Positions 15,101 through 26,258 of a stretch of DNA of 64,000 bases are shown one piece after another (the stretch's first letter is position 1; every line of letters begins with the position of its first letter). The notes under the pieces are model-generated. The model did not search any database. It worked only from the letters and a program-made list of their open reading frames with translations, and was not told the DNA's origin. Position numbers and translations under genes: made by a program. Source of the DNA: Octopus bimaculoides (Eukaryota); contig NC_068989.1 of the NCBI RefSeq assembly GCF_001194135.2, positions 65,825,765 to 65,889,764 on the forward strand, written 5' to 3'.

Positions 15101-15640
15101 TGGTGTTTGTCTACTCCTTATGCAGAGTTTGATCACCCCCTGTACCTACACATTAGAAACATCATGGCATCTGATGCGGCTTTTTAAACTAGACTATGTT
15201 CTGAAAAGACACCCACATAGATTGCACATAAGATTTGGACCGCCGAAAGCTGTAGATAAGTTCTGATCTTTATGAATCTTAAAATGTCTTTTGAGGCCTC
15301 CGTTAGATTTGCAAACCTTCTGCATGACATACATTGCGTTGATATATACATTGCACAGACATATAGGCACAATTGTTGGTAGAGTTTCGTTTTCCACAGG
15401 TTCACAAATGAAATCTGAGCGCAGCAAAAGAAAGGTATGGTATGCTATAAACTGTGCACACAAAAAGGTCATTGTGATTCACCTTCTCGGTCGTAACATT
15501 CTTCCTTAAATCTCTTTAGTCTTGCATGCGTTATCCTGGCCTCTTCAAACGCTTTCATTCCAATCCACACCTGTTTCTATGTCCCCTGGATCCATTCCAA
15601 GTGACTTCATAGTAGTCCTTATGCCCTCCTTAAACCTTTT
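15101..15640 (-). mobile_element. RTE-clade LINE, 5'-truncated 3' end with decayed ORF
   Basis: Manual translation across frameshifts: KRFKEGIRTTMKSLGMDPGDIET ... VWIGMKAFEEARITHARLKR ... VCKSNGGLKRHFKIH ... MCNLCGCLFRT. This resembles the RTE post-RT C-terminus with Cys/His zinc motifs; the element ends in (TA)n. Confidence 0.7.
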
Positions 15641-16714
15641 TGTATATATGTATTATATGTCATATGTATACATGTATTATATATATGTATATACTAACAC
15701 ACAGAGACACGTACATGTATAAATATATGTATACATATATATATATATATATATATANNNNNNNNNNNNNNNNNNNNNNNNNNNNNNNNNNNNNNNNNNN
15801 NNNNNNNNNNNNNNNNNNNNNNNNNNNNNNNNNNNNNNNNNNNNNNNNNNNNNNNNNNNNNNNNNNNNNNNNNNNNNNNNNNNNNNNNNNNNNNNNNNNN
15901 NNNNNNNNNNNNNNNNNNNNNNNNNNNNNNNNNNNNNNNNNNNNNNNNNNNNNNNNNNNNNNNNNNNNNNNNNNNNNNNNNNNNNNNNNNNNNNNNNNNN
16001 NNNNNNNNNNNNNNNNNNNNNNNNNNNNNNNNNNNNNNNNNNNNNNNNNNNNNNNNNNNNNNNNNNNNNNNNNNNNNNNNNNNNNNNNNNNNNNNNNNNN
16101 NNNNNNNNNNNNNNNNNNNNNNNNNNNNNNNNNNNNNNNNNNNNNNNNNNNNNNNNNNNNNNNNNNNNNNNNNNNNNNNNNNNNNNNNNNNNNNNNNNNN
16201 NNNNNNNNNNNNNNNNNNNNNNNNNNNNNNNNNNNNNNNNNNNNNNNNNNNNNNNNNNNNNNNNNNNNNNNNNNNNNNNNNNNNNNNNNNNNNNNNNNNN
16301 NNNNNNNNNNNNNNNNNNNNNNNNNNNNNNNNNNNNNNNNNNNNNNNNNNNNNNNNNNNNNNNNNNNNNNNNNNNNNNNNNNNNNNNNNNNNNNNNNNNN
16401 NNNNNNNNNNNNNNNNNNNNNNNNNNNNNNNNNNNNNNNNNNNNNNNNNNNNNNNNNNNNNNNNNNNNNNNNNNNNNNNNNNNNNNNNNNNNNNNNNNNN
16501 NNNNNNNNNNNNNNNNNNNNNNNNNNNNNNNNNNNNNNNNNNNNNNNNNNNNNNNNNNNNNNNNNNNNNNNNNNNNNNNNNNNNNNNNNNNNNNNNNNNN
16601 NNNNNNNNNNNNNNNNNNNNNNNNNNNNNNNNNNNNNNNNNNNNNNNNNNNNNNNNNNNNNNNNNNNNNNNNNNNNNNNNNNNNNNNNNNNNNNNNNNNN
16701 NNNNNNNNNNNNNN

Positions 16715-16766
<52 letters not shown>

Positions 16767-18198
16767 CTCACTGATGTCCAAAAAGAAGGATGCTAAAATG
16801 CAACATAACAAAAAACTAATAACTCACTTTTAATATTCGCAAAACATTTCTAATTGTCGTCTTTTGCCGTGTATTGACAATATGAGTGTTCCTATAATTA
16901 ATGAGCAAGTTGAATTTCAATATCACTTGATAATGTTTACGTCGAAATGTATAAATGTTTATAATTAAGCATAATGGCACATGTTAGCCTAGGTCAAGCT
17001 GATAACATCAATTGTGTTCCAAGTTGTATTTGCCTGTCATTCATGAAAGACTACATTCCGGGATATATTTCCAACGCGGGTTATGTATTTCTTTTTATAT
17101 TTTAAAAATATTATATGTTATTGACAGCATATAATAATTAGTTCTGAAATAAAATTTAATTATGTTCCTCATTCTAATCATGTCTTTGAGTAGTCCTCAT
17201 ACTTTCTATTTCTTTTGATTATTTTTTTCCCCATTATATTTATTGAAGACATGTCTGTACTTTGAGTTTGAAATTTGAAATATTTCTGATAAAGACACAA
17301 CGTCACGTATCTGAGAATAAGAAAATAAATAATCAATTATATCGATTCTCTTAATTAATTTGTATCTATTTTATCGACCTCAGAAGGATGAATGGTAAAA
17401 AAACAATATAGGTGAGATTGAACTCAAAACTTAAAAGAACACTCTTTTTCATAACAAACTATATAAAAGGAACACTCTTTTTATAAATTTATATCGTAGA
17501 GCCTTTGGCTCTACGATATAAACTATCTGCTTTAAAGTGAACTAAATATAAACCCTCTATCAAAATTGTATGTTGATTTTATTTTTAAAAAAGCATCACT
17601 TTTGTAATGACAAAATCATTTTAATAAACTCTTCGTTATTTTTAAGCTTACTTGAAACAAAGATGATATATCTTAAAAGTTATTTTCTACTTTCGTTTTA
17701 CGTACCTGGCCAAAGTTCGAGCTTGAGCTTTAAATATTTATCTTAATGTTTCCCTTCTAATTTTTTACCGTTATGTGTTCCTTCTAAATAACTGAATGAT
17801 AAATTTACCACATGGTTTCCTGTTCAGTTCTACTACCTCGCGCCGGAGCAACTGTCTTCTATTATGGCCTCGAGCCGACTAAATCCTTGTGGGTGGATTT
17901 GGAAGACAGAAACTGGAATAATTGTCCCTATAAGGATTGCGATATCTAGTAAAGCCAAATGAACTTGACATACACCGATTTATTTAAATCAGCTAGCATG
18001 GTATATTAACCAGGAATCGTTGTTTCCCGAGATATGTTTTTCATCGGAAATTCGAAATATAATCATTTTTATGGATTAACGTCAATGAATATAAATTATC
18101 GAACACAAAGTCACAAAGAATAGTTTCAAGAAATGTATACAAGGCTTTCATTAATTATTATTTTTACCTACAGTTTGATACTTTTCTTCTCTATTTAG

Positions 18199-18337
18199 AA
18201 TAACTCTGGAAGATGGCGGCTTAGACTTTGTAAGCTATGTAACCAATTTGATTGATGGACCACTCCTCTATAAAGCCTGGTTGCGTTTAAAAGCTACAAA
18301 ATTATGGGAATTCACTAATACAGAAGATTACACTTAA
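18199..18337 (+). CDS. Candidate terminal coding exon of an unidentified gene
   Basis: Pyrimidine-rich acceptor cttttcttctctatttag, then an open phase-2 frame ITLEDGGLDFVSYVTNLIDGPLLYKAWLRLKATKLWEFTNTEDYT ending at TAA 18335-18337. Protein-like but unrecognised; no compatible upstream exon confirmed. Confidence 0.3.
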
Positions 18338-18699
18338 GCGACAAAGCTTATAGACTTAAGCAAGTTAAGAATTCAATCTTGATATACAACCCTTATACAA
18401 TGTCAACTTACACCTGAGCTCTAACAGTTAAAATGTTTTAATATTAATTTAAATTTGTTATTTGTGCTAGGTTTCTTTTCAAGGGTCAAAGATTTGTGTA
18501 GAGATTAGAAACAACTTTGCTTACCTGTTTAAAAATTCGATTTTAATTAACGGTGTCCATAATATATATGTAAGAATCTGATTCGTTCATCTGATCCTAT
18601 AATTATAAGAATTAATCTCATATGATGTGTGACAACATTAATTCCTCCAAATAGAGAAATCGAAAGGCAATTCTTTTCCTTAGTATCTGGCAATAAGTA

Positions 18700-18875
18700 A
18701 GTCAGCCGTTTTACTGTTACAATTCAGTTTCGGAGTTCAAATATCGCCGAGGTCAACTTTTCCTTTCATCCGTTTAGGGCTGATAAAATAGGTGCCATTT
18801 GAGCACTGGAGTCGTAGTAATTAACCAACTCGCTCTCCCGAAATGACCGGCTATGTGCTAAAATTTTAAACCAAT
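18700..18875 (+). mobile_element. SINE family B, 5'-truncated
   Basis: ggagttcaaatatcgccgaggtcaacttttcctttcatcc...gataaaataggtgccatttgagcactgg. Confidence 0.6.
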
Positions 18876-20789
18876 ATTTGTTTGTGCCCCTTCCGTTTCC
18901 TTTTCGAATTTTGCTGTTGTTAAATTAATGTCCAGATGATGTGTTTGATAAATTGAGAAATAATGAATTCAACATAACCGACTGATCTTTGTTCCTCCCA
19001 AGCTCTCTCTCTTCTCTTTTTCCCTCTCTCCTTTCCTTGTCTCTCTTATCCACATACACGCACATTAAATGTGTGACCGTGAAACCAAAATAGAAATCAA
19101 TATATGCTATGTTCGATGAGTTCGTGGATGTGATAGAATCCATACCTTGCGGCGACGATTTCGAATCCAACATCAGTCGAAATGGCTTTTATGCATCTCA
19201 TGTGTATGGGATTAACAGAAATAACGCATAACAGTAGATTCCACTAATTGATTTCCTTTTCTAAACTTTGATCTAGTGCCAAAGTTGCTTAAGTCAGAAA
19301 TTACTACTCAAAAATATCAATAAGCTATGAGATCAAACACAATAGTAGAATGCCTTAAACACATGTGTGAACGAACACACACGTATATGAATGCATATAT
19401 ATTCGCGTAAGTATGCCAACACACAGATATTCATATAGACAAATATATTCTGACTATGGTGTGGAATACAATCATAGTAACGACAAAAATATGATGAGTT
19501 GTCATTCTTGGTTACCTGAAAAATTTTCGAATAATTACTGAATAAGTTTCAGTTCAAGAAGTAAAGTTCATTGTAATTATTTGCATAAAGAAAAGTATCT
19601 GCTATTTGATTTTCAGAATTGCCCGTCAGTAAAAAATTTCAACGGAAGGTATATGACATGCTTATATACTTTTCTTTTCATTTACCCCTCTTTTCGAAAT
19701 TCTTTCCAATTACAAATATCCCTTCTTTCTCATCGACATGATGTATGCCATATAGGATTGCCTGTTCCATACTCAAGGGCATGTTTCTTAACCTCAGCCG
19801 TCCGCATACACTTCAGCCTCATTGATAGTGACGATCCAAACTGGAACCATCTAATTTTAATTCAGAACCACTAAATCTGGTTATTTCCAAGAAAACGGCT
19901 CTGACTGCTAGTATTAGTTCTCCTTTAACCCGTGACAACACCCAACTCTGCCATGTTTAGCAGCAAATACAATGAAATGCTGTCGCTTAATAAAACATCC
20001 TGCAATCTCCAGGCTTAACGGTAAAAGCTACATTCCAAAATCCTATTTGACCACATCATGTATACCTAAGTACAACCATAAGAACTGAGGTCACTTGCAG
20101 AAGTGATTTGAGTTGACCAATACAGGCCTAACATTTAGAGGCCATCATGGATTTGTCTGTTACTCGTTCTCCAGCTGCCTGACATGCTAAGCTCGTCTTA
20201 TGAACCTCCGAAACTTTAAGTCGTAAAGAGTAAATTCAAACTGTTATTAGATAATACATGTAACTCCTATCAAATGTGTTGAGTACCCCCCCTCTTCTTT
20301 AGGTTGTGCACTCATACATATATAATTTATTGTTCCGTTAAGGTAATATCATCGAAAACGTATTTGATCCAGTGGGAGATAGATATCATTTAATGTACAC
20401 ACTCTAAAAATACTAGCTACTAATAATTAGAGATGCGGGTCTAGGCAAGTTTTTATAACAGGATTTACCTCGCTCAATAAACCTCAGGCTCTGACAACAT
20501 TATGTATTCAATTTTCAAACTGGGGCTGTCGTACAAGAGCAATCAAGAGAAAATACAAACGAGAAGCAGATTGATGCGAAACGTGGAAGGGTGAATAAAA
20601 CAATAAAAAACACAGAAAAAACAGAAAATTATTCAAACCACCTATGTTCTTCCTGGTACGCTGACAAATGTAAATCCACTAAGATGACTAGCCACGTATG
20701 AGGTATAAAGATTAACTACACACCATGTAGAGTCAAGTAGAAAATCGTAGAATTATCCCAGCCATATATCTCAGAAATACAGCGTGACT

Positions 20790-21270
20790 GAAAGATCGCA
20801 TATTCTTTTTAGATCTATGAATTCCATCACACTCCTGAAATCCAGAAATTCGGATCACACTACTGAAATCCAGATCCGAAATTTTCCGCAAATGCAAACA
20901 TATAGACACATTTTTTTATCAAATCCTCTCCAGACTGAGCTGCTTTCTCGCAGGCTTTGGACTCCTCTCCGTTGAATTATTCTACAATTAGCTTAGTTAT
21001 GGCTTTACGGCGAAAGGGGAAATAACTTTAATGTTCTTTCGTTTTCTTTTCTTTTTCCCTTTTGTACACCTTCCACATTTTACATCTAACTTCTCGTTTT
21101 TTTCCCGTGATTTATCTTGTGCTAGCATCCTGGTTAGGGAATTGAATAGATATCGCGTGCCAGATTATTGCTTGGAGACGCAAGGGATATAATAAAAACC
21201 TGTTTAGACACGCCTGTCCAAAGCAAGAAACTTTTACTAGTTCGAAACTTTAGATTGTCTACAATATATG
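20790..21270 (+). mobile_element. Possible Penelope-like element 3' remnant
   Basis: Resemblance only; contains an internal duplication of atcacact(c/a)ctgaaatccaga and a terminal ...ttcgaaactttagattgtc segment. Confidence 0.25.
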
Positions 21271-21360
21271 ATAGACATATAGATAGATAAACCGACCAAA
21301 CCAACCGGCCGACAGACAGACGGACAGACAGCCAAATAGATAGATATATAGATACATACA

Positions 21361-21391
<31 letters not shown>

Positions 21392-21886
21392 TACACTTAG
21401 CAAACACTACCCTGGGGTTTTCGTCGTTAAACAGGCCAACAGAGGTCGGACAAAGGTATATGACAAACCGGCAATGACATTCTGTTTTTTAATACGAATG
21501 TCAGTTTCAGAAGCTTTCTGATACAAATGTTATAGATAGTTACTTCTACCATTGTATATACGTTATGCTTTGTTACTATCTTGCATTTCTTATCGACATT
21601 CAGTAACAAGAAGCAAAATACATTTCGGTGGCAATTTTTTTTTGTCTTATTCAATAGTTCAATAGTTCATCACTGCCATGAATTATTTAAATTCATGTCA
21701 TTGGATAATGAATAGATTCTCTTTAGTCTCTCTATGACATTCTATTTGTAAAAATCTCTATCCCCATATACATAAACACACACACACACACACATACATC
21801 GGTTGTCAAGTGATGGTAGGGAGGACAAACACAGACACACAAACATACATACACACACACATACATATATATAAACACACAAACAG

Positions 21887-22060
21887 GAGCAGGCGTACCT
21901 GTGTGGCAAGAAATTTGCTTCCGAACCATATGGGGCTGGGTTTAATCCCACTGCGTAGCACCTTAGGCGGATGATTGTTATTATACCCTCAGATCGACCA
22001 AAACCCCGTTAGAGGAATTTGTAGACAAAAACTGAAAGAACACCGTTTGAAGAGGAATAC
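21887..22060 (+). mobile_element. SINE family A 5' portion, preceded by an inverted 3' fragment at 21790-21850
   Basis: ggcgtacctgtgtggcaagaaatttgcttccgaaccat...cccactgcgtagcaccttagg. Confidence 0.65.
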
Positions 22061-22381
22061 ACGAGTAGACAAAGTCTGAAAGACCATCGTATATATATAT
22101 NNNNNNNNNNNNNNNNNNNNNNNNNNNNNNNNNNNNNNNNNNNNNNNNNNNNNNNNNNNNNNNNNNNNNNNNNNNNNNNNNNNNNNNNNNNNNNNNNNNN
22201 NNNNNNNNNNNNNNNNNNNNNNNNNNNNNNNNNNNNNNNNNNNNNNNNNNNNNNNNNNNNNNNNNNNNNNNNNNNNNNNNNNNNNNNNNNNNNNNNNNNN
22301 NNNNNNNNNNNNNNNNNNNNNNNNNNNNNNNNNNNNNNNNNNNNNNNNNNNNNNNNNNNNNNNNNNNNNNNNNNNNNNNNN

Positions 22382-22418
<37 letters not shown>

Positions 22419-22502
22419 AAAAGGTTGAAGAGGAACACACGAGTAGATATATATGGAAAAAAAGACAAAGTAGAAAATGCTAAAATACTTTTATAAAGAA
22501 CA

Positions 22503-22544
22503 TTACAGAACCGGTTTCGATCCTTGGGATCTTTTCAACAGTAA
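22503..22544 (-). ncRNA. Minimal type-I hammerhead-like motif with U3-A8 core variant
   Basis: Minus strand UUACUG-UUGAAAA-GAUCC-CAA-GGAUC-GAAA-CCGGU-U-CUGUAA: 5-bp stem II, palindromic ACCGGU stem III, GUU triplet, 5 of 6 pairs in stem I. Confidence 0.55.
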
Positions 22545-22639
22545 ATATGAATAATAGATTTTTGAAAAATTATTGAAAAATCAAATTTTGGTAAATTTAA
22601 AAGAAAAGTCTTTTTAAAGACATACTTGTATAGTATTCA

Positions 22640-23690
22640 AGTAACAGCGGCATTTTTCTTGTTTCTGCCTGTCTCTGTTTCACTTGTTAACTCTTGTGGG
22701 TTTCTTAGAAGGACTGCTATGATAGTAGCAGTGTTAATTGGTTGGGTGTCCTGACATTGACCTGTTGATGGACGTAGTGATCTGTATTGTTTATGTTAAC
22801 TCTTGCAACAGTATCAGACCCACATTTCCTCTTGTGCCATTTATTGTTTCTCCGGGTGTAATACTTGAGTAATTGTGGGTAAGGGAGCTTTCTTCCATCT
22901 TCATCTACTTGTCACAACTTAAAAAATGCAGAAAGTGTAATTTCTTTTGGACAAAGTGCTTGTTGCGAGGCTGTTTGTCTTGCATATAAACATGTGACCA
23001 TTCTCGCAATGGACACTCAGATGAATGATGGCTGGTTGCCTCTGATGAATGGGAACATTGAAAATGCGCCAAATAGCCTCATTGGTACTGATGTTTCTTC
23101 TTCTGTTATACTATGCCTCTTTTGTGGAGGCGCACTAGCCCAGTGGTTAGGGCAGCGGACTCGCGGTCATAGGATCGCGGTTTCGATTCCGAGACCGGGC
23201 GTTGTGAGTGTTTATTGAGCGAAAACACCTAAAAGCTCCACGAGGCTCCGGCAGGGGATGGTGGCGAACCCTGCTGTACTCTTTCTCTCACTCTTTTTTC
23301 TTGTTTCTGTTGTGCCTGTAATTCAAAGGCTCAGCCTTGTCACACTGTGTCACGCTGAATATCCCAGAGAACTACGTTAAGGGTACACGTGTCTGTGGAA
23401 TGCTCAGCCACTTGCACGTTAATTTCACGAGCAGGCTGTTCCGTTGATCGGATCAACTGGAACCATCGACGTCGTAAGCGACGGAGTGCCAACAGCAACA
23501 ACAACTATGCCACTTCGTCATTTTTATTTATCTGCTGACTACCATTCTGTGGCAGCAACTAAACCTTTGTATATTTGCATACTTGATAGAGTTAACATGG
23601 GTTGCAGAATTCAACATTGACTTTGGCTACCTGTACTCGTCTTTGCTTCACTGTAAAATTCTGATCATCTACATCTACCCCGTCTCCTCT
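22640..23690 (-). mobile_element. Helitron Rep/helicase ORF fragment, decayed and split by a SINE
   Basis: Translations RNISTNEAIWRIFNVPIHQRQPAIIHLSVHCENG (about 23098-22997), PKEITLSAFFKL, LPYPQLLKYYT and KVNVEFCN...CKY match Helitron RepHel motifs (RYISSNEAxWRI, TTLTAFF, HINVExC). Confidence 0.75.
23126..23503 (+). mobile_element. tRNA-derived SINE, family C, full length with decayed TSD
   Basis: A box tagcccagtgg, B box ggtttcgattcc, (AAC)n tail; flanks actatgcctcttttgt (23110-23125) and actatgccacttcgt (23504-23518). Confidence 0.9.
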
Positions 23691-24577
23691 TGTACAAAGT
23701 GAGAATATTGTTCTCGAAAACTTTTTCGAAAATTAAAATGGGGATTAAATGAAAAAATGAGTCATGTGAATATCTTCACAAGAGTGATTGCAATAAATTG
23801 CGATTGTGCAACGCCCCACGCTCAAGCGTGCGCACACACACAAACATGCACACACAGAGTATGAAACGTCAAATGAAATGGACGTGTGTGAGTGAGAGAG
23901 AGAGATAGAGAGAAGCGGTGTGTTGCCATGTATACTTACATACATAAATAAATATGCATACATCTTTTTGTATTATGTGTGCGTATGTACGTGAGAGAGA
24001 GAGAGAAAGAGAGAGAGAGAAAGAGAGAGAGAGTAAATGCCACTTAGACATCATGGTCTCTCTCTTTCTGTCTCTCACACACACACGCACACATATATAC
24101 AAAACAGATGTAAGTATTTATGCATGTGTGTATATATGATAAGACGCCCCTTGACTCACTCATTCTCTCTTTCTCACAGAAACACACACACGTACTTAGG
24201 AAAACACTCGTGTGCGTATGTGACTGACGTGGGTGTTTGTGAGAGTGAGAACATTGCAAACAATGAATGATATAAACATGAAATGAAAAAAAAATCGTAT
24301 TTATAAAAGCTCTTGTACTGAATACCTAAATTTGTGAACTTAGTAAATATTACTTTCAGTAATTTTTCGGAGTTGTTTGCAAATAGTGAATTAAAATTTG
24401 AAATGAAAATATCAAAATAGAAAGTGAAAAGTTTTGCAGATGAAAACGGAAAATTTCGACGTTGCTACGTCAATACTGGTTGTTGACATTGAGAAACCTT
24501 TTTAAAGAAGTGAATCATATATATGGAGAAATACTATTTATTTTTGATAAAAAAAAAAAAACTGAGGACACTATCAT

Positions 24578-24815
24578 ATATCTATTTCTTTATTACCCAC
24601 AGGGGGCTAAACATGGAGGGGTCGAACAAGGACAGACAAAGGGATTAAGCAGATTAGATCGACCCCAGTTCGTAACAGGTACTTATTTAATCGACCGCGA
24701 AAGGACGAAAGGCAAAGTTAACCTCGGCGGAACTTGAACTCAGAACGTAACGGCAGACGAAATACAGCTAAGCATTTCCCCCGGCGTGCTAACGATTCTG
24801 CCAGCTCGTCGCCCT
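24578..24815 (-). mobile_element. SINE family B, well conserved, alternative 3' tail
   Basis: Minus strand agggcgacgagctggcagaatcgttagcacgccgggg...gagttcaagttccgccgagg, tail ...ctgtgggtaataaagaaatag. Confidence 0.85.
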
Positions 24816-24885
24816 GGCCCTATTATGTATCGAAGCAATTCGCGCAGCTGTTTTCACTTGAAAATACACATACACACACACAGAG

Positions 24886-24923
<38 letters not shown>

Positions 24924-25932
24924 NNNNNNNNNNNNNNNNNNNNNNNNNNNNNNNNNNNNNNNNNNNNNNNNNNNNNNNNNNNNNNNNNNNNNNNNNNNNN
25001 NNNNNNNNNNNNNNNNNNNNNNNNNNNNNNNNNNNNNNNNNNNNNNNNNNNNNNNNNNNNNNNNNNNNNNNNNNNNNNNNNNNNNNNNNNNNNNNNNNNN
25101 NNNNNNNNNNNNNNNNNNNNNNNNNNNNNNNNNNNNNNNNNNNNNNNNNNNNNNNNNNNNNNNNNNNNNNNNNNNNNNNNNNNNNNNNNNNNNNNNNNNN
25201 NNNNNNNNNNNNNNNNNNNNNNNNNNNNNNNNNNNNNNNNNNNNNNNNNNNNNNNNNNNNNNNNNNNNNNNNNNNNNNNNNNNNNNNNNNNNNNNNNNNN
25301 NNNNNNNNNNNNNNNNNNNNNNNNNNNNNNNNNNNNNNNNNNNNNNNNNNNNNNNNNNNNNNNNNNNNNNNNNNNNNNNNNNNNNNNNNNNNNNNNNNNN
25401 NNNNNNNNNNNNNNNNNNNNNNNNNNNNNNNNNNNNNNNNNNNNNNNNNNNNNNNNNNNNNNTATATATATATATATATATATATATTTAAACAACAGTT
25501 GACTACAGCTGTTTTCAATGAATTTTTGATTGATTATTAAATACATAAACCACAACATCCAAAAGCATTCAAGAGCCAACGGGATGTGCACCTTCATGAT
25601 TCTGTGAGCCTTCCTGACCCAACTGTATTTATTTATTCATATATTTATTATTCCCCTCGCTCGTAAACAGCTGTTTACGAAGATCTGAACTATATTATGG
25701 ACTGTACATTTACGATAAATGTCTGTTGTTTGATTAACCTCAGGACTATTGTTATACACAGTCGGGTACAGATAATCGTATGTATAACCTGAATATATTT
25801 CTGCTTGTAATTCAGTACCCGCATATGTATACATTTATTTTCGTTGTGTATACATTTTACTTTTTGAGCCGACCTGGTGCCTTACCAATTAAGTGCCTGA
25901 TCCACTTGATTCCTGGTCAACGATATATATAT

Positions 25933-26258
25933 ATAAGATACAGTGTATATTAAAAAACATAAGGGGAATCCACTCATGGGATTCCTTACGCTAGAAAGAA
26001 CTGCTAGGTTCAAGAACCACAAAATTACGGATAAAATCCCGAATGGAACAAAATGAAATATAAAAACTTTTACCATATCTTCCCTGGACCAATTTTCTGG
26101 TTTCTGACTTTGTATTTTTAAAAAGGTTTTATTTTCATTTCATTCCTTTCGGGACTTTATCCCTAATTTTGTGGTTCTTGAACCTAGTAGTTCTTTCTAG
26201 CCTAAGGAATCCCATGAGTCGATTCCTCTTATGTATTTAAATATACACTGTACCTTAT
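25933..26258. repeat. Foldback element: about 139-bp inverted arms, about 49-bp spacer
   Basis: 25933-26071 is the approximate reverse complement of 26121-26258 (e.g. taggttcaagaaccacaaaatta / taattttgtggttcttgaaccta). Confidence 0.9.

Noticed and set aside
20560-20592. GCA-GAUUGA-UGC-GAAA-CGU as another hammerhead
   Set aside because: Core and stem I are unrecognisable; at most a very old relic.
23126-23200. tRNA gene (also 49706-49780)
   Set aside because: A and B boxes are present, but the sequence continues into a multicopy SINE body with tail and TSD; it is a SINE head.
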